A stretch of DNA of 64,000 nucleotides from the IMG/VR virus record IMGVR_UViG_3300021411_000006, positions 9,241-73,240 of that record. One strand, 5' to 3'. Shown here piece after piece: positions 47,524-58,582 of the stretch (position 1 is the stretch's first letter; the number at the start of each line of letters is the position of its first letter). The stretch comes from a virus (taxonomy: Duplodnaviria; Caudoviricetes). The translations under genes and the position numbers were made by a program. The notes under the pieces were generated by a model. It was not told where the DNA came from and made no database searches. It saw only the letters and a program-made list of their open reading frames with translations.

Positions 47524-48176
47524 TACCTGGTTTGTTGGGTTTGAGTTTCTGCTACAGGATCTACTTTATTTTCCGGAGTTGCCTGCACTCCCAAAATTTG
47601 CAGGACACCGGTAATGACACTTGTTTCCATATCTGCCGGTATAGGTAATGGATCGTAATCTGAAAGGGCAGAAACGTCCATTACCACCAACCGGATCATC
47701 ACCTCTTCAATAGCAGGCGACGCCTCAAGCAAATTGGTTTTGAAATACACCTTATTCCCGAAGACCTCGTATGCCACTTGTCCCAATACATCGCTGATAA
47801 GTGGCTCTTCCGATACCATCTGGTAAAGCCCGGAGGGGATCGGAATAAAAGAAGTGAAAGGATCTACTGTCGATCCGATATGAAAGACTCCCATATTTTT
47901 TGGTAACCTGATCGGCACTGCCGGTAAAGTCACCTGGGAGAAATCGTCTTTGTATGCCGTAACCTCTACATTATCATAAGTGGCCAGGACGTAACCGTTA
48001 GGCACGATATCGCCATCACTCATCGCCTGGTAGTGTTCCACCTTCAGCAGTTTGTTAATGACCTGGCCCACTAGCTCCACTACTTCCGGCTGTCTCACTT
48101 TGGAGGCATTCGGCAAGTCGCTGCCTTTAAGGATACGCAGGATCTGCTCTGTTATTTTAAATTTTGTTGTTGGCAT
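47523..48176 (-). CDS. Tail ring/adaptor protein
   Basis: Ends YDPLPIPADME; coupled to both neighbours. Confidence 0.6.
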   Translation of the reverse strand: MPTTKFKITEQILRILKGSDLPNASKVRQPEVVELVGQVINKLLKVEHYQAMSDGDIVPNGYVLATYDNVEVTAYKDDFSQVTLPAVPIRLPKNMGVFHIGSTVDPFTSFIPIPSGLYQMVSEEPLISDVLGQVAYEVFGNKVYFKTNLLEASPAIEEVMIRLVVMDVSALSDYDPLPIPADMETSVITGVLQILGVQATPENKVDPVAETQTQQTR

Positions 48177-48526
48177 CAGGAGACGATAGCGCTGTTAAGC
48201 ATTACATTAGTTTGGAGTGTACCGGCATTGGTAAGCTTTACCCGGTAGTACCTGGTCACGATAAATACTGTAAGTATATTCGGTGTATCTGCAACCAAAG
48301 TGCTGGAGGCTGCGGTACGCCAGGTAGATCCATCGTTACTCATCTCAATTTTAAATCCCGCTGTCGCACTCACATGCGAAGACACACACATGGCTGTAAA
48401 CATCGATCCACCGAAAGGATTGACATTCCCATCGTAAGCATCTGTATCCCTGGTGGTTCCTGTAAACGCAGCGTCACCGGCAAGCGGAGTAACAGTATCG
48501 TTAAAATAAACTCTCTTTGTAGGCAT
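48176..48526 (-). CDS. Small beta-rich virion protein
   Basis: IEMSNDGSTW...TRYYRVKLTN. Confidence 0.5.
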   Translation of the reverse strand: MPTKRVYFNDTVTPLAGDAAFTGTTRDTDAYDGNVNPFGGSMFTAMCVSSHVSATAGFKIEMSNDGSTWRTAASSTLVADTPNILTVFIVTRYYRVKLTNAGTLQTNVMLNSAIVS

Positions 48527-48537
48527 GGTTTAAGGTT

Positions 48538-49200
48538 TTATACGTTCATCGCTGGCAGTTCTACTCCAGCTTTTTGTAACATTTGGTTATCCAGGTTTAT
48601 TCCCATCAGGTTGATCGCGTAAAAGACCACTTTATTCAAGTATGGTTCTGTCCACTCCAGCTGAGTGCTATTGCCGCTGTCGTAAGTGATCGTGCGACCG
48701 GTTTGCGTATATCCAAACACAGGCGCAACCGGGCGGCGGAAAAACCGCAGCGTACCAGCATGTATTTGCTCAGGGTAAAATTTAAAAATTCCAGGCCCTG
48801 TCTCCAGGGCAATCGGCTGTGTGCTGGATGGTGTAAGCAGCTGGGAGTTTCTGCGGGACGGCAACTCGTCTTCTTTTATAATTTCAACCGGCCACCGGCG
48901 CGGCTGACCGGTCCCAGCATCGACTACTGAAACATCGACCCCTATGAGTTGGTTGTAGTTCAGGTTGCTGGCGACCGTGTACACGCCGCTGCCATTGGTA
49001 GCGAAGTCGAGCGCAGTCGCTTTAAAAGGAGCCATCGCTTCATAAGCCTCTATGCTGGTCGCATATTCGGCGCGGTACTTATTGAAAGCCCACATCGATG
49101 CGCGGTCCAAAAAGGTGTCGATGTCGGCAGGCGGGAAGTACCCGGCCTGCTCCTGGTCGACAATTAGGTTTATGAAATTATGTATCTCGCTTATATTCAT
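48538..49200 (-). CDS. Tail ring/head-tail connector protein
   Basis: MNISEIHNFINLIVDQEQAGYFPPADIDTFL...YFRRP, crAss ring-like from memory. Confidence 0.65.
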   Translation of the reverse strand: MNISEIHNFINLIVDQEQAGYFPPADIDTFLDRASMWAFNKYRAEYATSIEAYEAMAPFKATALDFATNGSGVYTVASNLNYNQLIGVDVSVVDAGTGQPRRWPVEIIKEDELPSRRNSQLLTPSSTQPIALETGPGIFKFYPEQIHAGTLRFFRRPVAPVFGYTQTGRTITYDSGNSTQLEWTEPYLNKVVFYAINLMGINLDNQMLQKAGVELPAMNV

Positions 49201-49203
49201 TTC

Positions 49204-49680
49204 TTAAAGTGTTGTCGCCGTTACGCTCGTCCAGTCGCTGTCGGTATAACCAGTGGCCTGCGCTTTTACCCGGAAATAATATATTGTCGCTGTTGTTAAA
49301 CCAGTCTTGTGAAGGTTACCCAGCGCGCCGTTATAAATTTCTACCGCGGTCCCGAACTCTTCGTCGGTATCCATTTCAACTACATAGTTTGTCCCGTGCA
49401 GTACCGCTGTCCAGGACAGATCAATAACTGTAGCGCTGATAACATGCTTATAAAGTGTCGGCGCGGCAAGGGTCGGATCGTCTTCGACAAAATCTGTCAG
49501 GCTCTTCCAATCAGCAGCCAGTTTGTTTGTAGCAGCACGGATATAAAGTGAGCCATCCACGCTATTCACATACAAGGTGCCGACCGGGTAAGCAGCTGTT
49601 TCTTCGCATAGGCGGTCGCCGGTTACAGGTTCGCTGGTTCCGTAAAAAACTTTTTCTGTTTTTGTTATTGCAGTTGCCAT
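49204..49680 (-). CDS. Fibronectin type III domain virion protein
   Basis: IDLSWTAV...TGLTTATIYYFRVKA. Confidence 0.8.
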   Translation of the reverse strand: MATAITKTEKVFYGTSEPVTGDRLCEETAAYPVGTLYVNSVDGSLYIRAATNKLAADWKSLTDFVEDDPTLAAPTLYKHVISATVIDLSWTAVLHGTNYVVEMDTDEEFGTAVEIYNGALGNLHKTGLTTATIYYFRVKAQATGYTDSDWTSVTATTL

Positions 49681-49698
49681 CTTAATTTGTTTTTATTG

Positions 49699-50559
49699 TT
49701 ACGCTACAGCGAGTAGCTGATCTTGTCTAACGAGCAAGTAATCTTTACCCCAAAAGTTATACTCCTGGGTTGTGTTCCGGTTCACGACTACAGTATCGCC
49801 GGGCTTTACACTTAGTGTAGGCTGGCCTTTCAGCGGAGTACCGATAGCTATAAGTTTTGCCTGTAGCTCGGTTTTCACTTTCTCCCGGACATCGCCATAG
49901 ATCTCCAGCATGCCGGAATATTCTTTGTCACGCTCAACGCCTCCCCTGGGAGCCTCCAGCAAAGCATAGCCTCCGATCATTATCATCTCTTCATTACGCT
50001 TTGCGATATACGCCATCTGGTAATCTACTTTCCAGTATTCCTCACCGTCAAGGACAAAAGCATTTCTGTATTGGAAATTCGTCTCGCGGTCTGGCTTATA
50101 CTTGCGGATAAACTCATTGACATGCTTGGCATCGCCTTCGGTATTGTCGAGGATTATCGCCTTCCCGTTCTCTTCCCGGAACAGGGCCGCGTCAAACTTT
50201 CCGTGCTTTCTATTGCGGCGGATCAGCTGTTTACCGTTCTGCGCGGTCCAGCTGGTGATATAGGGATCAAAGGCAGGATCTTCGTAAAATAGTTCTGAAG
50301 CGTTGTCGCTTGCTTCCTGGTTGTAGACCACGCGATATGCAAAAGCCAGCTCGTCGCCGGGCTGCACTTCCATTGGTATTACTATTTTCTGTGGATGATT
50401 GCTGAGTCCTCGTGGGGTTGAAAGGACTGTACCCGTAACGGTCGCGTGGTAACCAGGACGGAATGCGGTATCAATAAAGAGTCCCCCTTCGCTGGTATCC
50501 TTAAATTTTTTATCCAGCTGAATAACTATGAAGTCTTCGGGACATACGGGTACGGACAT
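49699..50559 (-). CDS. Extended GroES-like protein with two GroES-like segments
   Basis: DTSEGGLFID...GTVLS...EVQPGDELAF and LIAIG...VKPGDTVVV...YLLVRQDQLLAV. Confidence 0.7.
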   Translation of the reverse strand: MSVPVCPEDFIVIQLDKKFKDTSEGGLFIDTAFRPGYHATVTGTVLSTPRGLSNHPQKIVIPMEVQPGDELAFAYRVVYNQEASDNASELFYEDPAFDPYITSWTAQNGKQLIRRNRKHGKFDAALFREENGKAIILDNTEGDAKHVNEFIRKYKPDRETNFQYRNAFVLDGEEYWKVDYQMAYIAKRNEEMIMIGGYALLEAPRGGVERDKEYSGMLEIYGDVREKVKTELQAKLIAIGTPLKGQPTLSVKPGDTVVVNRNTTQEYNFWGKDYLLVRQDQLLAVA

Positions 50560-50578
50560 GGGGAAGGGTACGTTTGTA

Positions 50579-50645
50579 CAAAATTAATAGGTAAAAACAT
50601 CGCGAAAATAGTTTTGGGGTTAATATTTCTAACCGTGTACTTTTG
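50579..50645. promoter_or_regulatory. Divergent Bacteroidota sigmaA-type promoters
   Basis: Plus: TTTG 50613-50616, 21-nt spacer, TACTTTTG 50638-50645. Minus: TAATTTTG 50586-50579, reading into the late operon. Confidence 0.65.
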
Positions 50646-50671
50646 CAGGCGTACCCTAACTTGAAAAAAAC

Positions 50672-50923
50672 ATGACACCTATCGGAACAAAAATCCTCGT
50701 AGCTCCAATCGAGGGACCCAAAGAAAAAGTATCAGAAGGCGGAATTATCATTTCAGGCAATGCCCTGAAGGAAAGTTATGACCGCGGAGAAGTATTGGCC
50801 GTATCGCTTGATATCGTTTGCCAGGTAAAAGTTGGAGATAAAATACTGTATGAGCCAGGAGCAGGCGCGCCGGTGGAAGGCGGGCTGTTGATGGATTACC
50901 GATCAGCGGTGGCTATACTTTAG
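50672..50923 (+). CDS. groES: GroES-like co-chaperonin
   Basis: MTPIGTKILV...SEGGIII...GEVLAV...VKVGDKILY. Confidence 0.8.
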   Translation: MTPIGTKILVAPIEGPKEKVSEGGIIISGNALKESYDRGEVLAVSLDIVCQVKVGDKILYEPGAGAPVEGGLLMDYRSAVAIL

Positions 50924-51099
50924 TTTTTTTTCTTCTTCCGAGGCCAGAAGGTCGCATCGATCCCAAGTAGTAAGAAGGTAACACAAAGTGTTATTATCGG
51001 GTAATACCAGCGCAGTTCCCGGCCCGAAAACGAATAAAATAGATAGTTCCCGGTAGACATAGCCAGGAACAAAACAGTTGCTTTGTAGATCTTTTCCAT
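50920..51099 (-). CDS. 59-aa two-TM membrane protein (absent from ORF track)
   Basis: MEKIYKATVLFLAMSTGNYLFYSFSGRELRWYYPIITLCVTFLLLGIDATFWPRKKKKN. Confidence 0.45.
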   Translation of the reverse strand: MEKIYKATVLFLAMSTGNYLFYSFSGRELRWYYPIITLCVTFLLLGIDATFWPRKKKKN

Positions 51100-51105
51100 A
51101 AGTTA

Positions 51106-51294
51106 TTATTTAGGAATAACGAAGCAATACCCGTGAAAAAGAACAATTTCAAAATATTTTGCGTTCCCCTCCCGGAGGAGTTTGTACAGATACGAAGTAG
51201 TCACACCTTCACTCTTTGCGTATTCGCTTACACTGTAAACCACTTCGGGTAGGCTGGTTACTACCCGGTATTTTTTAAGGCTTGCTTTTGGCAT
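51106..51294 (-). CDS. Small HTH protein (Xis/MerR-like)
   Basis: YSVSEYAKSEGVTTSYLYKLLREG. Confidence 0.6.
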   Translation of the reverse strand: MPKASLKKYRVVTSLPEVVYSVSEYAKSEGVTTSYLYKLLREGNAKYFEIVLFHGYCFVIPK

Positions 51295-51523
51295 CCCCTA
51301 AGATAATAAAATAAGCCAGGCAATTTCTCACCTGGCTTATAACTACACTGAGGGAGACTTTGAATCTCGGAAAGTGCGGTTGGCACCACGAATATAATAA
51401 AAAACCCCTTCACTGGGAACAGGAAGGGGTGCTAGTATCAGGCCAGGGCGAACATTGCCCATCGGTGAAGATGTTTAATGTAGAAAAATCTGTCGCCAAA
51501 CAGTCCACTAGCCTGTAGCTTTT

Positions 51524-51940
51524 TTAAGTTCCATATTTTATAATAGTCACTTTTAATTTTTCCGCTCTTGCCTTTTTAATCATATCCGCCGTCCCTATGC
51601 TTTTACCGTCATGGAAGGCTAGTAGCTCATCGCCGACCCTTGCCATCTGTCCGTTTCTTATAGGCCCGGCATTCCTGCCGAACTTATCCCACTCCGCATC
51701 GTACAACTCCAGCTCAAAACCCAGCTCTCCAGCTACTCGCTCTCCCAGCCCGTCCGCTCCGTAGACCTTACGCCCATCGCTGCGGATGTGGGTAAGGGTC
51801 CCGACATCGCAACCGCCGCTGAGAATAATCAGCCAGGTGTCAGGTGGTAGCGCATTTTTCGCCATTTGTATATGTAGCTTTGCAGTCGTATAGTCGGTAT
51901 AGTCCCTGCCGCCTGCGACGATTAATCGGTATTCCTTCAC
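51524..51940 (-). CDS. SLOG-family (DUF2493/YspA-like) protein
   Basis: LIVAGGRDY...GADGLGE...AGPIRNGQMA...SIGTADM. Confidence 0.85.
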   Translation of the reverse strand: MKEYRLIVAGGRDYTDYTTAKLHIQMAKNALPPDTWLIILSGGCDVGTLTHIRSDGRKVYGADGLGERVAGELGFELELYDAEWDKFGRNAGPIRNGQMARVGDELLAFHDGKSIGTADMIKKARAEKLKVTIIKYGT

Positions 51941-54900
51941 GGGCTTGCATTTTTATTCAAAAGTTCAACAATTAATTTTGCGTTAATCTCTGCCTGTTCT
52001 GCTCCCACTACTTCCGCGTCAAGAATGTTTTCGTCACCATAGTACGGACCGCTTTGAATATTCCAAAACCAGGAATATTCAACAGCGAAGTATTGAGGGG
52101 TTTTTTGTTTTAAGAGTCCCTTTTGCTTCGCCCCGGCTCTGCATTCTGTTTCTGACGTTGTAAGACACCGCCACAATCCTTCTGGCCCTGGGGATACTTT
52201 ACTCATAGCTCCATGTGTCTTACATTGCGGATAACCATTCACAAACTCGACCAAATCAAAGTTGCTGTTACCATCGTCAATCGGTATAAAGTCTTCTTTA
52301 TCCTCCATACTGTTTTGCCATTTCAGGGTTTTCGTAAATATTCCCCAGGATCTTCAACCTACCCATAAAGTCAGTACTGTACCATCCTTTCTTCGTCCAG
52401 ATCCCCCAGCACTGGAGATCCAGGGTAGGATCGTTATTCCACTGGACCTCGCCGGTAATCACATCTTCTTTTTTACCGGAGATTTCCGACATGTCCAGCT
52501 CAACGATATCGCCATCATAAACATAAAATCGGCCAGAGCCGTGATCCTGACTTATGCCGGTGTACTGCATCCAAAAGCAGCCGTCGAAAAAAGAAAAAGG
52601 GTAATTAAAGTGTTCCTCGTTCACTGTTACGAGCTGGTTTCTTTCTGAAAGCTCCAGCGCGTCTATTACCATTATGGATCTTCTTACATCCCAGGCCCTG
52701 AATTTTATCTCTCTCATATAAAGCTGCACATTATTTTAGGATCATCGCTTTCATCACGCTCCAGCCTTACCAGGCCCTTCAATGACAGCAGGGTATAAAT
52801 CTCATTCACATCCCTGGAGCGCGCATATAGCTCCGAATCTGGCCGGGTCCCGTTTGCCCCGCTGTAAAACCTGCGGACGACAAACTCATCCGGGAAGTCA
52901 GCCGGGTGGTCGAAGACCGTGTAAATTATTAATTCATCGTCCTGCATTCCGCTGGTGCTTTATATAATAATAAAATTCCCGCGCTAAAATAAAGGTCCAT
53001 CCGGAAGCGCCGATCAACCATAAAGATCCCAACTTTTCATCCGTCCGGAAAAGAGCGCAGCACAATAAAACCAGTGTGGCGCTTTTTACTATATGAACTT
53101 TAGCGCTCATCATACAACAACATCCCTTTTCTGGCTTCTCAGTTTGCGGTATCTTTTAATGAGGAAAACGATCTCCAGCACCCAAGACCCAAACATAACA
53201 GCCCAGGCCCATTTTATCCACAGCAGACCCTTATAATGTAAAACTATAACCATAGCGGCAGCGCAAAGGGTGAGCGTTTTCAATATCGATGAAAAAATCA
53301 TCATTCGTATCGCTCTCAGCATACTCTCTAAAGCTTCAACTGCCATATCAAGATCTTTTACATACTGCCGTTGGGCATACTCGCAGCCGCGAATAAATTC
53401 GGGATGGGCATTCTTTGTTTCTCCGTTCAGGATAGCTGGTCGCGTATTTTTTGAGGTAGGTTCCATTACGATCCTTTTTTATGAATGAGCGGAGCGTTTT
53501 TGGCTTTCCTGTCTGCAACAGGAAGACTTTGTTTTAAAGCGCCTCGCAGGAGTTCCAGCATGTCTTGTTGAATAATGGTAGCGATGCCGACCAGTTCGGT
53601 AACACTAAAGCCATCATTGCGGCGCTTCCAGGTAGCAGTGCCGTCGCTGTAGTTAATAATTTCAAAGGTGTGTGCCTTCCTGGCGACAACAGTCTTTTTC
53701 CCCTCAGCCGTTTTCTTTACCGCAGCGGCGTACTTCTTTTTGCGAGTTTTGCTTAGTGCCATGTTTATTTTAAGTTTAATCGGTGATAAGATACAATATT
53801 TATTTCTACCCTGCAATCTCGTAGACATTAATCGCTGTCCGCTTCGGGCCAAACTCTTCAAAGGAGATCTTACAGTCATGTAGTTCCTTTTCAAAGCCCA
53901 GCATCTTCATTACCTCTTCGACAACCGGAGTATTTGGAACTCTTCCAGGAGAATCCACGGACAAGGACAAATGCCGGACCTTCCCGACTGGTTGTAGCTC
54001 AATAGTAAAAACGACCCTGTATCCAAATGGTAAATCAATATAGCGGTTCGGATCATCTCCGGGCGGCGGCTCTTCACCATTATGCTGATCCAGCAGGTAA
54101 TCCATTGATATCGGATTGGCCTCGGCGTAATCCACGAGCTTTTGAAGCGCTCCCCTTATGCTGTCATCTATTATAAAGGGTCTCATTCGTTTTTTTTATA
54201 TTTTAAGGTGTAATTGTTTTTCGGCTTTTTCGCTGTAAGATCCTTTACACCCATATTACCCTCGGTTAGATTTTGTAACCGGATCAGCATTTTAAATTTA
54301 GCCTTGTCCAGACATTTCCGGCAGTACGGATCACTGGGGATGTCAGGATCTAATACAGGCCAAAATGCTACGGCGGGTTTTCCGCAGCAACAACAGTTTA
54401 GGCTACTTGCTAACACTACTTTTTCCACGGTTTAAAATCATTTATATAATGATTAAGCGCCTGCCGGATAGTTTTCTTCCACTGCGGTTTTTCAACAAAG
54501 ACGGTCATAGCCCCTTCAATTTTTTGTCTGCCGGTAACGACTGGCTGGTATCCATCACAGGTCACTGCAAACAGGCCGTTGTCATCGTAAACCAGGTTCG
54601 GCGCATGGCCAAACTCCGTTAAGGTCTCCAGCATAAAATCAACATCGTAGTCATACGGCTTTTTCCAGAATAGCCAAAGGACATCCTTTTCCACCTTATC
54701 GATGTCCGGGCTCTTTGGCTTTCTACTTTGCAGTAGCTTCCGCTGCTTCACCAGGGCTTTGATCTGTTCTGTCGTCATTTGGTTTTAGTTTTTTCTCAAT
54801 ATAATCAGCAATAGTAACAATAGCATCATCATCGATCCACCAAAGCTCCTTGCCATTTATGGTGACAGAGAAATCGCCATCTGTAGGATCTAACACTGGG

Positions 54901-57770
54901 TCAGTGAAAGAGACTACCGGCTTTTCGTTCTTCTTCCTTTCTGCCAACATCTTGCTGAGAGCGCTATACTCTTTATCTCCCGGTCCAGGTCCCCTCTGTT
55001 TGTAGTAATGCTCGGACCCACCTTTAAAACGTATCAAGACATCCAGCCCGGACCAGTCGGTAACGGCCTGGTAGTTTTTTCTTATGTAGATCTTCGCCGA
55101 CTCCGCGATAAGCTGGTTGGTAACTATATTTTTCCGGTATTTATCATAAAAATCGCTTTCAGTAAAATACCCGGAGGAACGCATAACCTTCTCGTTCTCC
55201 TCTTCGGTCATTGAGCAAGGCCGCATTAAAATTCCAGGGATCTTCATACGTTTATATCGCTTCTTTTACCATGCAGTTGATTATAATCGTAGCCGTTTAA
55301 TGCCATCTCTTTTTCCAACAATTCAGCTTCTTTGTAAGTTAGCTGTATCCAATAAGTACCGGTCTCTGGCCTAGCCTCGTAAACCGACCCATCCATTATT
55401 GTAAAAACTCTGGTTGCCACTTTAACAGGTACCATCTCTTCCTCCACTTGGCTGGCCAGCGGTCGAAGGATCTCCGGGAGCAGGCATGCTGCCAGGCCCA
55501 GCAGTGTGTTCCGTATGAATAATTTCCTTTCCATGCTTGTTTATTTCTTCAACCAATGCCCTATGCTCGTTATAAGCGATCAATAAACTCTCCAACGTCC
55601 GAAACTCTCGGCTATCCCCGTCGATAAAGAAAAACTCCTTTGAGGAGCCTACCCCTGTCCCGCCTTTCACGCGCCGTACAATGACTTCGCGCTGTATGCC
55701 TAATTTGTTATCCCTATAGCCGGTGATATACCTTCCAGTTAATGACCAGTGTATTATTTCCACCAGGCAGATATCCTCGGCAGTGATCGGCTCACTCACA
55801 GATTAATTTTTCTTTTGGTCAAGATAATACTGTTTCGTCGCCTCTACCATCTCCGGGAACTTCGCAGGATCAATCTTCTTATAACAGCTGTCACAAACAA
55901 CCAGCGGGTCCTTTTCGGCCATCGCTACCACCGGACCAAATTTATCAGCAAACTCCTGCATAGCTTCCGCTTCGCTGTTGGCTACCTCAAACTCTTCGCC
56001 ACACATGGCGCATATTTTTATTTCTCCCATCAATTACCCCTTTTTTGTTTTATCTCCTGCTCGACAGCGGAAAGCGAACAGACCAAAGACAATAAATGAA
56101 CAAGTATATCGCGAGGTATCTTTCTGGAATCCAAACAAAGGTCTTTTTTAATAGTTATCAGCCCTCCTGCTTTCGCCCGGATACGTTTATTAAGCATCTC
56201 CAGCATTTCATCAAGATCATCCGGGAGGTTTGTAACCCTTATAGATATGGCGCCCTTCTCATCCATAAAATGCTTTCAGCTAAAATAGTAAAAACCCCGG
56301 AAGGGCACAGAAATCCGCGGATACTTTTATCCCGGCCTGCCAAATAAGCAGTTTACCAGCAAATAAGGGTGACAGCAATAGCAAGATAGATCAGCTTCGG
56401 AGTGATCCCATCCCTGCCAAAGACCTTCCGCTCCCATTTGTCGAGTATAGATTTTGGAGTAATACTCACATAGTCCAGGGGAAGCCGCGGCGTATGGAAG
56501 AAAGCGTAGGAGAGATCAAAGAAGACTTTTGTCAGCAGTAACAGCGCTACAGCCTTACGGATACCGTTATAAGAAACGTGCTGATGAAAAATGATGCAGT
56601 ATGCACCACTTTTATAAATGAAGTAAGCAATCACTGCCGCCGTAAGATGAATGCAGCCGTTTAAGAAGTGGGACAGCTTTTTACCACTGCCCCAATCGAC
56701 CCATGCAAAGACAAGGTAGGCATTCAGCCACCCGAAGAAAATCACAAAAGGTATATACAGCAATACTTTCATTAGTAAGTATAGCTATACCAACCAGCAG
56801 CAGTGAAAAATCCCAGGATCAGCAGCGCCAGCCACGATCCCAGGGTAAGAAGCACTCCCCCAATATTTAACCATCCCGGAGTAGCTTTTACCTCAAAGCC
56901 ATACCAGGAGGTATGAATGATGTTTAACTGGAGAAAGATACAGGCCAGGGTAATGAGCGCGAAGATGCCTAACCAAAGGTTAGTGTTTTTGTTTTCAGAA
57001 GGCATGGTAAAAGGGTTTAGGGTTACGGATTAAAAACGGATTTCAAGTCTTATGCTCTTCAGCAATTCGCTTTCGGGCAAATAGTATGTTGACAAAAAAA
57101 TTATCTGCGGTATGCGGGTCCGGTGCCGTACAGTAAATACAACTATCCTGCATAAGCACCCGCTCTGTGATCCCTTTGCTGCTATAGCTCCGGGAGATAA
57201 TCTCCACCTGGCGGACCATGCTCGTAATTAAATTCAGCTCCCATACCCGGTGCCCGGCCATACGCTTCAGGTCAGGCGGCGGCTCCTGCCCTCCTGCCGG
57301 TACCAGGCGCACGGTGACTTTTTGCGGTATGATCTGTTTACGCCTGGCTTTCATATTACAACCTCCAATTCTCTACGCATGTAAGTGAAATAAATATTTT
57401 GCAGCTGGTCCAAATACTTCAATACACCCAGCGGAATAATATAGCTGTTATATCCCATTGAATAATGAATATGATCGAAGTCAACGAAGAACAATAGCCG
57501 CCGCGGACTGTTTTTATCCGCCTCCATGACCCAAAAGTCCTTACTGTCTATGATCTTTGCTACATTGGTAAAGCCGTTTTTTGCCAGTAGTTCAGTAGTG
57601 ACCGGGATCTGTGCGCGGGTGGTGAGTGGAGAGACGGTGCCGTTCTGGTCCATGATCGTGTAGCCGTTTGGACCAGGAGAGATCCCCAGGACCTTGCAAG
57701 GGTAATCGGTCGTTATACTTTTCAGGTAATTACCGACGCGGATATCTCTTTCGTTGATACAGTCACTCAC
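51937..57770 (-). other. Block of about 18 short accessory CDS, including membrane proteins 56353-56772 and 56772-57005, a Tat-like-leader protein 55244-55534 and 57351-57770
   Basis: Contiguous, frequently overlapping ORFs; several recurrent phage families (YTVFDHPADFP; DIRVGN...LQNIYF). Confidence 0.6.
52298..52717 (-). CDS. YopX-family protein
   Basis: MREIKFRAWD...MQYTG...YDGDIV...ILGNIYENPE. Confidence 0.88.
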   Translation of the reverse strand: MREIKFRAWDVRRSIMVIDALELSERNQLVTVNEEHFNYPFSFFDGCFWMQYTGISQDHGSGRFYVYDGDIVELDMSEISGKKEDVITGEVQWNNDPTLDLQCWGIWTKKGWYSTDFMGRLKILGNIYENPEMAKQYGG

Positions 57771-57779
57771 AGTTAAGAT

Positions 57780-58200
57780 TTTTAACCGTCCGCAATGTAG
57801 TAAATAGCCAGTGACGTTCCACGGGGAAACGCAACATGGTCCTAAAACTATTTTGTTATATAGCCGGGGCCTGTAAATTTGCCATATAGTTTTAGGACCG
57901 GGGTATATGTATTTAGAGCCGGGTGGGTCGCGGCAGGTGGAAAGCGCAAAAGTGAGACCGGGTGGGTGCTGATCCGCATTTTCGGTTTTCGGACGGTTTT
58001 AAGGCTGTACTTAACATAATCTTAATTATATAGACAGTTATTTTTCATAGATGGCTCATTATCAGCTCATAGTTGTAAAGTGCTTTACAAGCTGGTAAAC
58101 AGTCAGGTGGAAAATGCCTGAAAACAGGGAATCGCAGGTAGTTTGCTCATCCTGCAAGGCTGGCTAACCTCATCAAAACCCCGCATAATCCCGCATCCTA
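57780..58200. promoter_or_regulatory. Divergent non-coding control region with inverted and direct repeats
   Basis: GGTCCTAAAACTAT 57838-57851 / ATAGTTTTAGGACC 57886-57899; CCGGGTGGGT at 57919 and 57958; strand switch point. Confidence 0.55.
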
Positions 58201-58213
58201 ATGCGTTAGTACC

Positions 58214-58582
58214 ATGACCCGCTATCTCATGCGTATCTCTGCCATGCGCTCTCTGCTTGAAAGGCTTAATGCCCAGTTCTCCGTCAGGATGACCAGCAGG
58301 CACCTTGTCTTCCTTCAGCTACTTTCTTTCGCTGGCCCTTGTACTTATACCGACCTGTTCAATGCCACTGGATCAAAGCGACAGCATATCCTCTCCCGGA
58401 TGTTCTACCTGCTACAGGTGAAGTACATTGAATACGGCAAGCCAACCAAGCTTGGAGCTGATAGATACTACCTGACACCAGCAGGGATAGAGTATCTGCT
58501 GGCGATAGAACGAGCCCTCCAACATTACCAGCCACCAAACGCATGGCGAACAGTCAGAACCAAGAACCGGCGCAGGTATTAG
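58214..58582 (+). CDS. MarR-like winged-helix regulator (repressor candidate)
   Basis: LVFLQLLSFAGPCTYTDL...YYLTPAGIEYL. Confidence 0.65.
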   Translation: MTRYLMRISAMRSLLERLNAQFSVRMTSRHLVFLQLLSFAGPCTYTDLFNATGSKRQHILSRMFYLLQVKYIEYGKPTKLGADRYYLTPAGIEYLLAIERALQHYQPPNAWRTVRTKNRRRY

